Shown: positions 17,951 to 27,602 of the stretch, piece by piece
Layout of the letters: each line of letters starts with the position of its first letter
Numbering within the stretch: position 1 is the first letter of the stretch
Origin: Candidatus Woesearchaeota archaeon
GTDB lineage: Archaea > Nanobdellota > Nanobdellia > Woesearchaeales > JABMPP01
Assembly (NCBI GenBank): GCA_013202955.1
Contig: JABMPP010000039.1
Coordinates: forward strand, 1 to 36,596
Direction of reading: 5' to 3'
DNA length: 36,596 bases
Notes under the pieces: generated by a model
The model's input: only the letters and a program-made list of their open reading frames with translations
The model's database searches: none
Told to the model about the DNA's origin: nothing
Program-made: the position numbers and the translations under genes

Positions 17951-18817
17951 TTAATAAAATCCAGCATTGATTGTGGAAGCTCCTGCATCAATCTTGATCT
18001 CAATGTTGCTTTTGTCTGATTCATAGTCATCGCTGTAATAAACACCATCTTTCTTAGAAAACCCGTTAAAATTAGTTGATATTGCTCCACCGTCAACATC
18101 TATCATAACACCAGAGCCTTCAGGAAACATTAAGTTTAACGTACTTGCCCCTGTTGCAATCTGTGCTTTTGTTGGATAATTAGAAAACAATAGTTTTGTT
18201 GATGTTGCTCCTGAATCAATCTGCAAATTTTTAACAACCAATCCAGTCATGTTAAAATTCATGTCAGCTGCTCCATAATCAATCTCAACATCATACACAA
18301 TATTAGGTGATAATGTGATGTCCCAGCTATCTTTTATCTGTTTCCAAACAGCAACTCCTCCTTGCCTGCCCATGAATATATCAACATCTGAGCCTGTTCT
18401 CTCATATTCCAAAGTAGGATCTTCTTTATCATTTGTTTCAATAATATTACTTATTAAATAATATTCATCTCCTTTCCTTATATCCATGTTTCCAGCACCA
18501 TAATTTAATAATAAATCAACTGTTTTGTCTCCTTCAAGAGCAGGAACCTCAAGATTGGTTTTTCTCAAATCCCCAACCTCAAACATATCTGTTACATAAA
18601 CAGCCCCTATTAAAACAGTTATTAAAAGAAACACAAAAGCCATAAATCTTGACTTAAATAACAATGCAATCCCTGCTAATATAACTCCAATAGGCCAGAA
18701 TGTCTTGAATCCACTCCATACTGATAAATTCACAACACCCATTATCTTAAAAACAAAATATATTCCTATGAGAATGAAAAAAAATCCTAGGAAAGATCTT
18801 GCTGATGCCTTTTTCAC
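17951..18817 (-). CDS. LiaF/toast-rack-like membrane protein (envelope stress associated)
   Basis: N-terminal TMs with FWP...LAG, beta-repeat C-term (YGAG, GAA, GAT, GAS); GTG start after GGAGG overlapping pspC stop. Confidence 0.65.
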   Translation of the reverse strand: MKKASARSFLGFFFILIGIYFVFKIMGVVNLSVWSGFKTFWPIGVILAGIALLFKSRFMAFVFLLITVLIGAVYVTDMFEVGDLRKTNLEVPALEGDKTVDLLLNYGAGNMDIRKGDEYYLISNIIETNDKEDPTLEYERTGSDVDIFMGRQGGVAVWKQIKDSWDITLSPNIVYDVEIDYGAADMNFNMTGLVVKNLQIDSGATSTKLLFSNYPTKAQIATGASTLNLMFPEGSGVMIDVDGGAISTNFNGFSKKDGVYYSDDYESDKSNIEIKIDAGASTINAGFY

Positions 18818-19212
18818 TTTGATTTCCTCCCTATAAGATAAAGACCTAAAACTATAAGCAATGCAGCCCATATCAAGCTTGTGTTAATCCAACTAAAAAT
18901 ATTTTTTAACAACAAAATAGCACCAATAATCACAATTAATAATCCTAATAAAATAGTTCCGTGGCCATCTTTCTTTTTTGAAGATTTTTCTGCTTTTTCA
19001 ACTACTTTTTTAACATCTTTTTGAAGTGGATTTTCAGGGATAACAACCCAAGCAATTATATACATTATAACTCCAATACCATCAGCTAAAACCAATAAAA
19101 CAGCAAAAAGTCTTATCAATATTGTATCAATATTAAAATATTCAGCAATTCCACCACAAACACCAGCGATTACCTTATCTTGTTTTGACCTGTAAAGTTT
19201 TTTAGTACTCAT
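18814..19212 (-). CDS. pspC: PspC domain membrane protein
   Basis: KKLYRS.DKVIAGVCGGIAEYF...YIIAWVVIP; extra C-terminal TMs. Confidence 0.9.
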   Translation of the reverse strand: MSTKKLYRSKQDKVIAGVCGGIAEYFNIDTILIRLFAVLLVLADGIGVIMYIIAWVVIPENPLQKDVKKVVEKAEKSSKKKDGHGTILLGLLIVIIGAILLLKNIFSWINTSLIWAALLIVLGLYLIGRKSK

Positions 19213-19258
19213 GATATCAACCCCATTATGAGAAATATAACTAACTAATATATAAATT

Positions 19259-19696
19259 TTAAGAATTTTTAAACAAATCATTGATATATTTCTTTAATTT
19301 ATCGATTCTTGGTTTACTTATGAGTTTATCAACATAACCCAAAACTATTTCTTCATCAGTGTCGGAAAAAATTGTTCCTGTGAATAATACTTTAGGAGTA
19401 TCTTGATAAGCTTCAGCAAACTGATCAGGTGTTACATCATGTTTTGCGATAAGATTATCAATCATTATTTTTGGTTTTTCTTTCAGATACATAAAAACAT
19501 CCATACCAGATAACCATTTCATTCTAAGATCAGAAATAATTAAATCATATTTATTGTTTGGAAGAGCTTCTGCTAATTTTTCAACAAGATCAGTGCCATC
19601 AGGAACAGTAGTCACATCATGACCCAACATCCTGATAATTTTAGTCAAGTCGTCAACTAATTTTTTATGATCATCAGCAAGAATGATTTTTGCCAT
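19259..19696 (-). CDS. Stand-alone response regulator receiver (CheY-like)
   Basis: ILADD, DLIISDLRM (phospho-Asp), FTG, KP; no output domain. Confidence 0.85.
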   Translation of the reverse strand: MAKIILADDHKKLVDDLTKIIRMLGHDVTTVPDGTDLVEKLAEALPNNKYDLIISDLRMKWLSGMDVFMYLKEKPKIMIDNLIAKHDVTPDQFAEAYQDTPKVLFTGTIFSDTDEEIVLGYVDKLISKPRIDKLKKYINDLFKNS

Positions 19697-19721
19697 TTTC
19701 AACAGTAGAAATTATCTGAAC

Positions 19722-19823
19722 TTAAGAATCTTTGCCATTCCATTCTTTCATAAACTCATTTATATACAATTCCATGAACTTATGTCTTTTTTCAGCAATT
19801 TTTTTGCCTATCTCTGTGTTCAT
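19722..19823 (-). pseudogene. C-terminal remnant of an HD-domain (YpgQ/COG1418-like) protein
   Basis: MNTEIGKKIAEKRHKFMELYINEFMKEWNGKDS*, resembling that family's C-terminal helix; in-frame TGA just upstream. Confidence 0.6.
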
Positions 19824-19928
19824 TCAATATTTGTTATCTCTAACTAGTAGTTAAATAACCGAAACATTTATATACCTCATAAAAACACGAATAAATATAT
19901 AAATAAGATAATTAATGAGGAACAAATA

Positions 19929-20690
19929 ATGAACCAAGGAATTGATAATATTTTAGCAAAGGATATAACTAGTATTACCACTGATGATCTGGAAGAGATA
20001 AAAAGATTATATGGGGATCTTTATGAATCTAATGCTGTTAAGGAGCTAGTTTTGGATATTATTACCCATGACCTGAAAAATCCTGCTGGTGTGATTAGTG
20101 GAGTTAGTGCTATGCTAATAGATGAACTTCCTGATAATGAATTGGTACAATTGATAAAAGACACAAATGATGATTTGTTAAATGTTATATATAATTCAAC
20201 TACACTTTACAAAGCAACATCTGGTGAAGAGATTCAAAAAGATGAATTAGATCTTAATACAATTCTAAAAAGTGTTATTAAAGAATGTAAATCACCATTA
20301 AATACTGCTGGCATGGCTTTAGAATATGATGGTAAAGAATTACCTGTTTATGCAAATCCATTAATTGCAGAAGTGTTTAAGAATTATATAAGCAATGCTA
20401 TTAAATATGCATCAGATGGTGGAAAAATTGTTTTAGAAACCAGTCAAAGGGATGGATATATACAAGTGGCTGTTAGAGATTTTGGTGAGACAATACCAGA
20501 AGAAAACTATGAGAAAATATTCCAGCGTAGAACACAGCTTGAAAATGGAAAAAATAAAGGCAGAGGTTTAGGGCTTGCAATTGTTAAGCGTATTGCAGAA
20601 GCTCATGGTGGAAAGGTTGGGGTAGAGCCAAATAAACCTACTGGAAATTCTTTTTATTTAAGATTACCAGAATATAATCCTAAAGAATAG
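19929..20690 (+). CDS. Cytoplasmic histidine kinase (HisKA + HATPase_c) with no evident sensor domain
   Basis: H-box THDLKNP, N-box NYISNAIKY, DFG, IFQ, GRGLGLAIV. Confidence 0.92.
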   Translation: MNQGIDNILAKDITSITTDDLEEIKRLYGDLYESNAVKELVLDIITHDLKNPAGVISGVSAMLIDELPDNELVQLIKDTNDDLLNVIYNSTTLYKATSGEEIQKDELDLNTILKSVIKECKSPLNTAGMALEYDGKELPVYANPLIAEVFKNYISNAIKYASDGGKIVLETSQRDGYIQVAVRDFGETIPEENYEKIFQRRTQLENGKNKGRGLGLAIVKRIAEAHGGKVGVEPNKPTGNSFYLRLPEYNPKE

Positions 20691-20702
20691 CTAAATAAGC
20701 AC

Positions 20703-22124
20703 TTAAATTTTTTCAACATCATGTGGTTTGCTTTCTTTCACACCAGCTGGTGTTATTCTTATAAACTCTGCATTCTTTTGCATTTCTTTTATATTTTTCG
20801 CTCCGCAATAGCTTATCCCTGATCTTAATCCGCCAATCAATTGATGAATAACCTCTTTTGCGCTGCCACGATAAGGAACAATTGCCTCAACCCCTTCCGG
20901 AACAGTATCCAAAACATCTTCATTGCTTTTTTCTCTTTCTCTTCTTCCAAAAGCTGCTCCATATGATGCCATTCCTCTGCTTACTTTGTATTTTCTTCCA
21001 TTTCTTAATATAGTTAACCCAGGTGACTCATCTGTTCCTGCAAATAAATTACCACACATAACAGAAGAAGCTCCAGCTGCCAGTGCTTTTGTAACATCTC
21101 CGGATGTTCTTACACCACCATCAGCGATTATAGGGATATTTTTTGCCTCTTTTGCACATTTTAATATTGCTGTTAATTGTGGAACTCCGGTTCCAGCAAC
21201 TATTCTTGTTATACATATGGAACCAGGTCCAACCCCAACTTTTATTGCATCAGCACCTACATTAATCAGATCCTCTGTGCCTTTGGCTGTTGCAACATTC
21301 CCTGCAATAACCTGAACATCCTTAATATTATCTTTTATTTTTTTAACAGTGTTTATTGCTAGATTAGAATGACCATGTGCTATATCAATAACTAAAGCAT
21401 CAGCTCCTGCTTTAACAAGCTCTTGCGCTCTTTCAAGAAAACCAGGTTTTACTCCAACAGCTGCCCCAACCATTAATCTTCCTTTTTTGTCTTTTAATGC
21501 CAACGGATTCTCTTTTACTTTTCTTAGATCCTCGCTTGTTATCAATCCTTTTATGTTCCAGTTTTTGTCCACAATGGGTAGCTTTTCAATCCTGTGCTTA
21601 TAAAGTATTTTTTCTGCCTCTTTGATATTTATCTTTTTTTGGGCAACAACCATATCATGATCTTTTGTCATCACATCTGAAACCAAAAATCTGTTTTCTG
21701 CAAAAAGAACATCTCTTCTTGAAAGAATCCCTGTTAATTTATTATCTTTGTTTACAATTAATAATCCTCCAACATCAAACTCTTTCATGAATTTTTTTGC
21801 ATCCTCAACTGTTTTTTCTTGTGGAAAAGTATAAGGGTCTTCAATAATAAAGCTTTCAGACCTTTTAACCTTAAGAACCTGGTAAACTTGGTCTTCTGTT
21901 CTCATGAATCTGTGAATTATTCCCATTCCACCTTCTTTTGCCATTCTTATGGCCATTTTTGATTCAGTGACAGTATCCATGTTTGCACTGACCAAGGGAA
22001 TATTCATGCTTATCTTTTTTGTCAGCATTGTTCTTACATTTACATCTTTCCTAGAATTCACAGATGATTTTTTTGGAACTAAAAGAACATCATCAAACGT
22101 AAGACCATATAATATTTTTTTCAT
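20703..22124 (-). CDS. guaB: IMP dehydrogenase with CBS domains
   Basis: LTFDDVLLVP, SANMDTVTE, DIAHGH, GVGPGSICITR, IADGG, RGMAS, VPEGVE. Confidence 0.93.
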   Translation of the reverse strand: MKKILYGLTFDDVLLVPKKSSVNSRKDVNVRTMLTKKISMNIPLVSANMDTVTESKMAIRMAKEGGMGIIHRFMRTEDQVYQVLKVKRSESFIIEDPYTFPQEKTVEDAKKFMKEFDVGGLLIVNKDNKLTGILSRRDVLFAENRFLVSDVMTKDHDMVVAQKKINIKEAEKILYKHRIEKLPIVDKNWNIKGLITSEDLRKVKENPLALKDKKGRLMVGAAVGVKPGFLERAQELVKAGADALVIDIAHGHSNLAINTVKKIKDNIKDVQVIAGNVATAKGTEDLINVGADAIKVGVGPGSICITRIVAGTGVPQLTAILKCAKEAKNIPIIADGGVRTSGDVTKALAAGASSVMCGNLFAGTDESPGLTILRNGRKYKVSRGMASYGAAFGRREREKSNEDVLDTVPEGVEAIVPYRGSAKEVIHQLIGGLRSGISYCGAKNIKEMQKNAEFIRITPAGVKESKPHDVEKI

Positions 22125-22210
22125 AACTACTCACGTTTAATAACAGAATGAGTGATTCATTAATAAATCTTACCCAAAAAGTTATAAAACCAACCAGATT
22201 ATCAAAAAGT

Positions 22211-23248
22211 ATGAGAACACAGCTTAATGAGAGATATGTGAAATCCTTGGAAAAGCAGCAATACAGATTTGTTGGGAATCATAGCGCTGTTAAAATTTGT
22301 GGTTGGACAAAATCCCATATAAGAGGAAATGGTGGATGTTATAAATACAAGTTCTATGGCATAAGAAGTCATCAATGTTTGCAAATGACAACCTCAATGT
22401 ATTGCGCTAACAGATGCATGTTTTGCTGGAGAGGTGCAAAAGCGCCTGTTTCAGACAAATGGTATGGTCCTGTCGACGATATAAATGATATAATAAAAGG
22501 CTCAATACAGGCTCAAATGAGCCTTCTGGAGGGCTTTAAAGGGAGTGAAACAGCAAATAAACAGCTAATAAATGAGATGCAGAATGTAAGACATGTTGCT
22601 TTATCATTAATAGGTGAGCCAGTAACATATCCTAAGCTAAATGAACTGTTAGATGAGTTCCACAAAAGAAAAATATCCACATTTATTGTTACAAACGGCC
22701 AGTTTCCTGATGATATTAAAAAACTAAAATATGTAACACAATTCTATCTTTCTGTTGATGCAGCAAATGAAAAAACCCTGAAAAAAGTTGATGTTCCTTT
22801 GTTTAAAGATTATTACAAGAGGTTATTAAAATCATTAGATATTATGAAGAAAAAACCATTTAGAACCTGCATAAGAATAACTGTTATAAAAGATGTGAAT
22901 GATGATGATCTTAAAGGATATAAAGAATTAATTGAGAGAGGTCAACCTGACTTTATTGAGGTAAAGAGCTATATGCATGTTGGGGCTTCAAGAAAATTCC
23001 TAAAAAGAGAAAACATGCCTCTACATTCTTATGTTGTTGAGATCTCAAAGAAATTAAATAAAATTCTTCCTGATTATGAAATAATATCTGAGCATGTTCC
23101 ATCAAGAGTAACATGTTTTATAAGAAAAGAGCTGAAGAAAAAGCAATATCTTAATTTTAAAAAATTCTTTGAGATGACTGATAAAAAACAAGAACCAATA
23201 GCAATTAAATATTCTTCAAAGAAAATGTGTTCAAACTTACCCAACTAA
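22211..23248 (+). CDS. taw1: 4-demethylwyosine synthase TYW1 (radical SAM)
   Basis: HSAVKICGW, CYK.KFYGIRSHQC, CANRCMFCWR, SLIGEP, EVKSYMHVG; start at 22211 inferred from TATA at 22182-22189. Confidence 0.93.
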   Translation: MRTQLNERYVKSLEKQQYRFVGNHSAVKICGWTKSHIRGNGGCYKYKFYGIRSHQCLQMTTSMYCANRCMFCWRGAKAPVSDKWYGPVDDINDIIKGSIQAQMSLLEGFKGSETANKQLINEMQNVRHVALSLIGEPVTYPKLNELLDEFHKRKISTFIVTNGQFPDDIKKLKYVTQFYLSVDAANEKTLKKVDVPLFKDYYKRLLKSLDIMKKKPFRTCIRITVIKDVNDDDLKGYKELIERGQPDFIEVKSYMHVGASRKFLKRENMPLHSYVVEISKKLNKILPDYEIISEHVPSRVTCFIRKELKKKQYLNFKKFFEMTDKKQEPIAIKYSSKKMCSNLPN

Positions 23249-23767
23249 TTCTTTCCAGTTTTTTTTATAATAATCAAACTTATTGCTAAATTCTTTTTTA
23301 GGTGTTAATAGAATATTAAGGTTTTTCAGCTTCTTCTTCAGCATGACTAATGTTTTTTCCTTTTCTTTTTCAGATGACATTTTCTCGAGCTCAAGAATAT
23401 ATCCATATCCTTTTGTATGATCAACCATAACTTCTATATTTTCCCATTTGAATGTGTGCCTTTTTCTAAACCATTTGATCTCAACATTAAACCCAGTAGA
23501 TAAGAACAATCTTTCCAGTTTTCCAAAATCATTCTTATCAAATTTTATTTCAACTTCTTCACGATGGTCATCATGTATTTTTCCCATCTTTAGCCAGACT
23601 TTTGAGAAAAAGTTGTTTTTCTGGATTCTTAGGTCCTCATCAGTGTCAAAATAATAAGATACCTGATAATCTTCATTAATAAACTCTCCTTGTTCTTTAA
23701 AGAATTCTAACAGCTCTTCATATTTATCCTTTGTTATAAAACTTCTGATCTCAACTTCAATGTTCAT
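23237..23767 (-). CDS. CYTH domain protein (class IV adenylate cyclase/triphosphatase fold)
   Basis: IEVEIR, LRI, REEVE, KR, ILELE motifs. Confidence 0.85.
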   Translation of the reverse strand: MNIEVEIRSFITKDKYEELLEFFKEQGEFINEDYQVSYYFDTDEDLRIQKNNFFSKVWLKMGKIHDDHREEVEIKFDKNDFGKLERLFLSTGFNVEIKWFRKRHTFKWENIEVMVDHTKGYGYILELEKMSSEKEKEKTLVMLKKKLKNLNILLTPKKEFSNKFDYYKKNWKELVG

Positions 23768-23770
23768 GGA

Positions 23771-24295
23771 TTAATCCTCATAATATTCCGGGCGAATAAA
23801 TCTGGTCAAAGCATAGATGATATTAACCTCTGTTGCTTTTTTTCTGTCAATCAGATTATTTGTAAACAATCCTATCATTCCCTCTTTTTGTTTTATGTTT
23901 GATGTGCCAAAAATCTCATCTATCACTGGTCCTAATTCCCTTCCATTTCTTACCTCTTTTGCAACTTTTTCAGGCATCTCCATTCCAGACCCATATCCTG
24001 TTCCTGTCTTTCCATTCTTATCAATAACAACCACTTTTCCACCAAGATAAGCTCCATGGTCTGTTTCAAAAGTATACCCTTCAATACCAATTCCCAGGTC
24101 AGCGCCTGTTTTTTCCAGTGCTTGGTTTGCTCTGTTTTTTGCGCCTTCTCTTGCTTCTTTAATTGTTGTTGGCGTTTCAGTAACCCCATGATCTGCATCA
24201 ACAGCAACAACCTCTGCATCCGGCCATATTTTTCCAACCACATTCCTAACTGCCTGCACTTTTACAGGATTTAGTGAACCAACTGCTATTTTCAT
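23771..24295 (-). CDS. yjjX: Inosine/xanthosine triphosphatase (YjjX-like)
   Basis: VGSLNPVK, GAKNRA, GIEG, ELG..., IKQKEGMIG, DR. Confidence 0.88.
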   Translation of the reverse strand: MKIAVGSLNPVKVQAVRNVVGKIWPDAEVVAVDADHGVTETPTTIKEAREGAKNRANQALEKTGADLGIGIEGYTFETDHGAYLGGKVVVIDKNGKTGTGYGSGMEMPEKVAKEVRNGRELGPVIDEIFGTSNIKQKEGMIGLFTNNLIDRKKATEVNIIYALTRFIRPEYYED

Positions 24296-24300
24296 AAGAA

Positions 24301-25533
24301 TCAACCTTTTATTATCTTTACGCTCTTAACACCTTGTGCTGTTGCTTTTTCTATTTTCATTTTTATGTTCTTGAAGCTTATTGACTCTCCTTCTTTTGGT
24401 ATCCTTTTAAGAAGATGTTCAATAAAACCACCAATTGTGTTTGCATATTTTTCAGTTAATTTTATTTTTAATGCTTCATTTATTTCATCAACAGGAGCCA
24501 TTGCATCAACTATGATTTCAGTATCACTCAGTTTTTTTATATAAGCGCTTGGCTTTTTGCTTTTGTCAAATATTTCACCAACAATCTCCTCCATAATATC
24601 TTCAATTGTAACTAGTCCAACAACATGCCCATACTCATCAACAACAACCGCAACCTGCATATCTTTTCCTTCAAATTCAGTAAGAAGATCATCTATTTCT
24701 TTTGATTCAGGCACAAAATAAGCTTTTTTTACAATCTCTTTTACTTTCATGAATATTTTATTGCCTTTTACATATTTTAATAAGTCATCCACATCAAGTA
24801 TCCCTATAATATTGTCCTTATCGCCTTCATATACAGGATATTTTGAGAAATCTTTGTTTATCACATAATCAGAAATCTGTTTTATTGTTTTTTCCCCATC
24901 TATCATATCAACATTTACATCAGGAGTCATTATCTTTGTTACTTTTGTTCCTTCAAACTTCAACACATTGTGAATCATATCAGCTGCCTCTCTGCTTAGG
25001 ATCCCTTCTTCTTTTCCCATTGTGACTATTGTTTTTAACTCTTCTTCTGAAAGCTGTTTTTCTTTTTTTGAGCCTAATACCTTAGACATTTTTCTTGAGA
25101 TAAAATCAGAGAATATAGTAAAAGGTGTTAAAACATAACATAATAACTCAATAGGTCTTGCAACAGACAAGCTGATCCTTTCTGCATTCTCAGATGCAAA
25201 TGTTTTTGGAATTATCTCTCCAAACACCAGGATAATAAAAGTCATTACTCCTGTTGCAATCCCAATTCCAGCTGAACCAAAGAGGTCTGTGAATAAATAT
25301 GTGGCAATTGCTGCTGCAGAAACATTAACAAGATTGTTTCCAACTAAAACAGTTGTTATTAATCTATGTGGATCTTTTTTAAGCCTGTAAAGCACTTCTG
25401 CTCCTTTCTTTTTCTGCTTAACTAAAGCTTTAACTTTAAACATATTCAAGGAGATCAATGCTGTCTCTACTCCTGAGAAAAATCCTGAAAAAAAGATCAA
25501 TACAACCAAAACAATAATCCAAATCCATAACAT
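24301..25533 (-). CDS. CNNM/DUF21 + CBS + CorC_HlyC domain membrane protein
   Basis: FFSGVETA, GNNLVN, FGEIIPK, VVDEYG..GLVTIEDIMEEIVGEI, TIGG. Confidence 0.92.
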   Translation of the reverse strand: MLWIWIIVLVVLIFFSGFFSGVETALISLNMFKVKALVKQKKKGAEVLYRLKKDPHRLITTVLVGNNLVNVSAAAIATYLFTDLFGSAGIGIATGVMTFIILVFGEIIPKTFASENAERISLSVARPIELLCYVLTPFTIFSDFISRKMSKVLGSKKEKQLSEEELKTIVTMGKEEGILSREAADMIHNVLKFEGTKVTKIMTPDVNVDMIDGEKTIKQISDYVINKDFSKYPVYEGDKDNIIGILDVDDLLKYVKGNKIFMKVKEIVKKAYFVPESKEIDDLLTEFEGKDMQVAVVVDEYGHVVGLVTIEDIMEEIVGEIFDKSKKPSAYIKKLSDTEIIVDAMAPVDEINEALKIKLTEKYANTIGGFIEHLLKRIPKEGESISFKNIKMKIEKATAQGVKSVKIIKG

Positions 25534-25568
25534 AATTTATTACATATAATAGAACGAATATTTAAACT

Positions 25569-25991
25569 TTACCCTGATTTGCTTTCAATATAAGCTAGAA
25601 CCTTCTCAAGTCGTTGTTTTGTGCTTCTAACTTCAACCATGTTTCCAGACATTTGTATTGTAAAATCTGCAATTAATCCTGCCTGTTCAGGAGTATGTTC
25701 TCCATCAAGCAACACTCTAAGATCATCTAATTGATCTCTTGAAATTAACAGATGCGATAAAGATGGGGTGTCAACATATTGGGAAAGATCTTTTCCACGA
25801 TAAGGCTCAAGGCAAGCAGCATATTTAGATTCCATCTTTTTCCAAACCTTATTTACATCATAATTGTTAGGAAACTTACAAAAATTAAATGCAACACCAC
25901 TCAAAACAGTCAAGTGAGCCCCCCACCTATTTACTTCAAATTCATTATATACATCAATTACATACTGGATTGCTTCTTTTTCTGGTAACAT
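25569..25991 (-). CDS. Hypothetical protein
   Basis: 140 aa ORF with its own TATA-like element; no motif recognised. Confidence 0.55.
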   Translation of the reverse strand: MLPEKEAIQYVIDVYNEFEVNRWGAHLTVLSGVAFNFCKFPNNYDVNKVWKKMESKYAACLEPYRGKDLSQYVDTPSLSHLLISRDQLDDLRVLLDGEHTPEQAGLIADFTIQMSGNMVEVRSTKQRLEKVLAYIESKSG

Positions 25992-26023
25992 CTGGAGTAA
26001 GTAATAAAAAATACTTATAAACT

Positions 26024-26623
26024 TTACTCTAAATGCTTTGTGCAGTTAAGAAGATGAACTTTGTGATTTTTGTCTTCATCTATTTCAAGAATTATAATTC
26101 CTGTATTATCTGGACAGTGTTTTCTGAATATATCTATTTCTATCTGTGTGTTTTTTAAGTGTAGCAAAAATAAAGAGATTAAGGCACCATGAGTTATCAA
26201 AAGCACTGTTTTGCTATGGTATTTTTTCAATAACCCATAAACAAACTTTTTTACTCTTTCCTGCGCGTCTAAAGGTGATTCTCCACCTTTTGGTCTGAAA
26301 GTATGAAACTCAAGATTATTATTTTTTCTATGATTCAATAAATGTCCAATAGGTTTTCCCTCAAAAGCACCCAGATCCCTTTCTCTTAATTCTTTTGAGT
26401 AAATAACATCAACATCAGGATGATGTTTTATAATCTCTTCTGCACTCTCAACTGCCCTGTCTAGATTGCTGACATAAATAACATCTATTTTCTCATTCTT
26501 TAGTCTTTCCCCAACCTTCCTGGCTTGTATTTTACCAAGCTCGCTTAGGGTAGCATTTTTATCCTGCATTATATCTTTAATATTTTCATTAGTTTCCCCA
26601 TGCCTTACAATTATTAGTTTCAT
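26024..26623 (-). CDS. Histidine phosphatase (phosphoglycerate mutase family)
   Basis: VRHGET, SNLDRA, LRERDLG, GGES, ITHG. Confidence 0.9.
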   Translation of the reverse strand: MKLIIVRHGETNENIKDIMQDKNATLSELGKIQARKVGERLKNEKIDVIYVSNLDRAVESAEEIIKHHPDVDVIYSKELRERDLGAFEGKPIGHLLNHRKNNNLEFHTFRPKGGESPLDAQERVKKFVYGLLKKYHSKTVLLITHGALISLFLLHLKNTQIEIDIFRKHCPDNTGIIILEIDEDKNHKVHLLNCTKHLE

Positions 26624-26716
26624 TTTTCAATAGGTTATTGTACCTGATTAATAAATTCTTCCAATACTACTTTAAAATAACAAAAATTTTTATATAAGAA
26701 ATAGATTCTGTGTTCT

Positions 26717-27184
26717 ATGAACAATGGCCTGGATGTATTGGAAGTTAATGTTGAGAATCTGAATTGGGAATACTTAATGGAATTCGCAGATAAATATGAC
26801 CTTTCTGAGTCTGACCTCATAGAACGCGAGAAAGAAGATAATGAACGCGGTGATAAAATTCTTGAGGAAATTCTTACAGCAATAAATGCTGAACATGTAA
26901 CAGAAACAGTACCTAAAAGAAATTATAGTGATGGAAAAATACAACAAAATTTATATAAAAATGGAGAGACAAGTATTCTTGTTACAGGATATTTTGGTGA
27001 TTCCAATAACCCTGATGGTATTACTGGCTTGAACATGATTCTTACCCACCCTTTGGAGGGCTGGGGTTTAGACTACCATAGAAAAAATATAAAAAACATA
27101 TTAGATTCACACATTAAACCTGATTCTGTCAACAAACATACTTATGAAATCACAATGAATAATATAATTCTAGACTATGTTTAA
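26717..27184 (+). CDS. Hypothetical acidic protein
   Basis: 155 aa ORF with TATA about 20 nt upstream. Confidence 0.55.
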   Translation: MNNGLDVLEVNVENLNWEYLMEFADKYDLSESDLIEREKEDNERGDKILEEILTAINAEHVTETVPKRNYSDGKIQQNLYKNGETSILVTGYFGDSNNPDGITGLNMILTHPLEGWGLDYHRKNIKNILDSHIKPDSVNKHTYEITMNNIILDYV

Positions 27185-27222
27185 CTTACTGGTTTTTTTC
27201 TAAAATTAAGAAAAGTTTATAA

Positions 27223-27561
27223 TCAAACCATTCCTAATTTTCCAGTTATCTTATCTATCTTTTCTTCATCATCTGGGCCTATTCCCATGCAAGTAACTGT
27301 GCCTGGTGCAATGCATGTCTTGCCTGCGTCTGTTATAACAGCTGTTTTAAGTGAATTATCCTCTGCAAACTGCTTATATTTATACAATTCTTCCTTGTTA
27401 TCCACCTTTAGAACAACCTTTTTAGCACCCTCAGAGCGCCATTCAGACACTATTTTCTTGTCGCTCTTCATAGCTGCTTCTACAGAAGCATGCGCTACTT
27501 GAGCAGACATCTTGCCCTTAGGCAGTTTCAGGTCCTGAATAACCAATATTACCTGTTTCAT
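27223..27561 (-). CDS. pth2: Peptidyl-tRNA hydrolase Pth2
   Basis: GKMSAQVAHA, KVVLK, DAGKT, GIGP, IDKITG. Confidence 0.95.
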   Translation of the reverse strand: MKQVILVIQDLKLPKGKMSAQVAHASVEAAMKSDKKIVSEWRSEGAKKVVLKVDNKEELYKYKQFAEDNSLKTAVITDAGKTCIAPGTVTCMGIGPDDEEKIDKITGKLGMV

Positions 27562-27602
27562 ATTTAATTAAAAGAAAACTCATTATTTAATAATCTTCTT
27601 AT

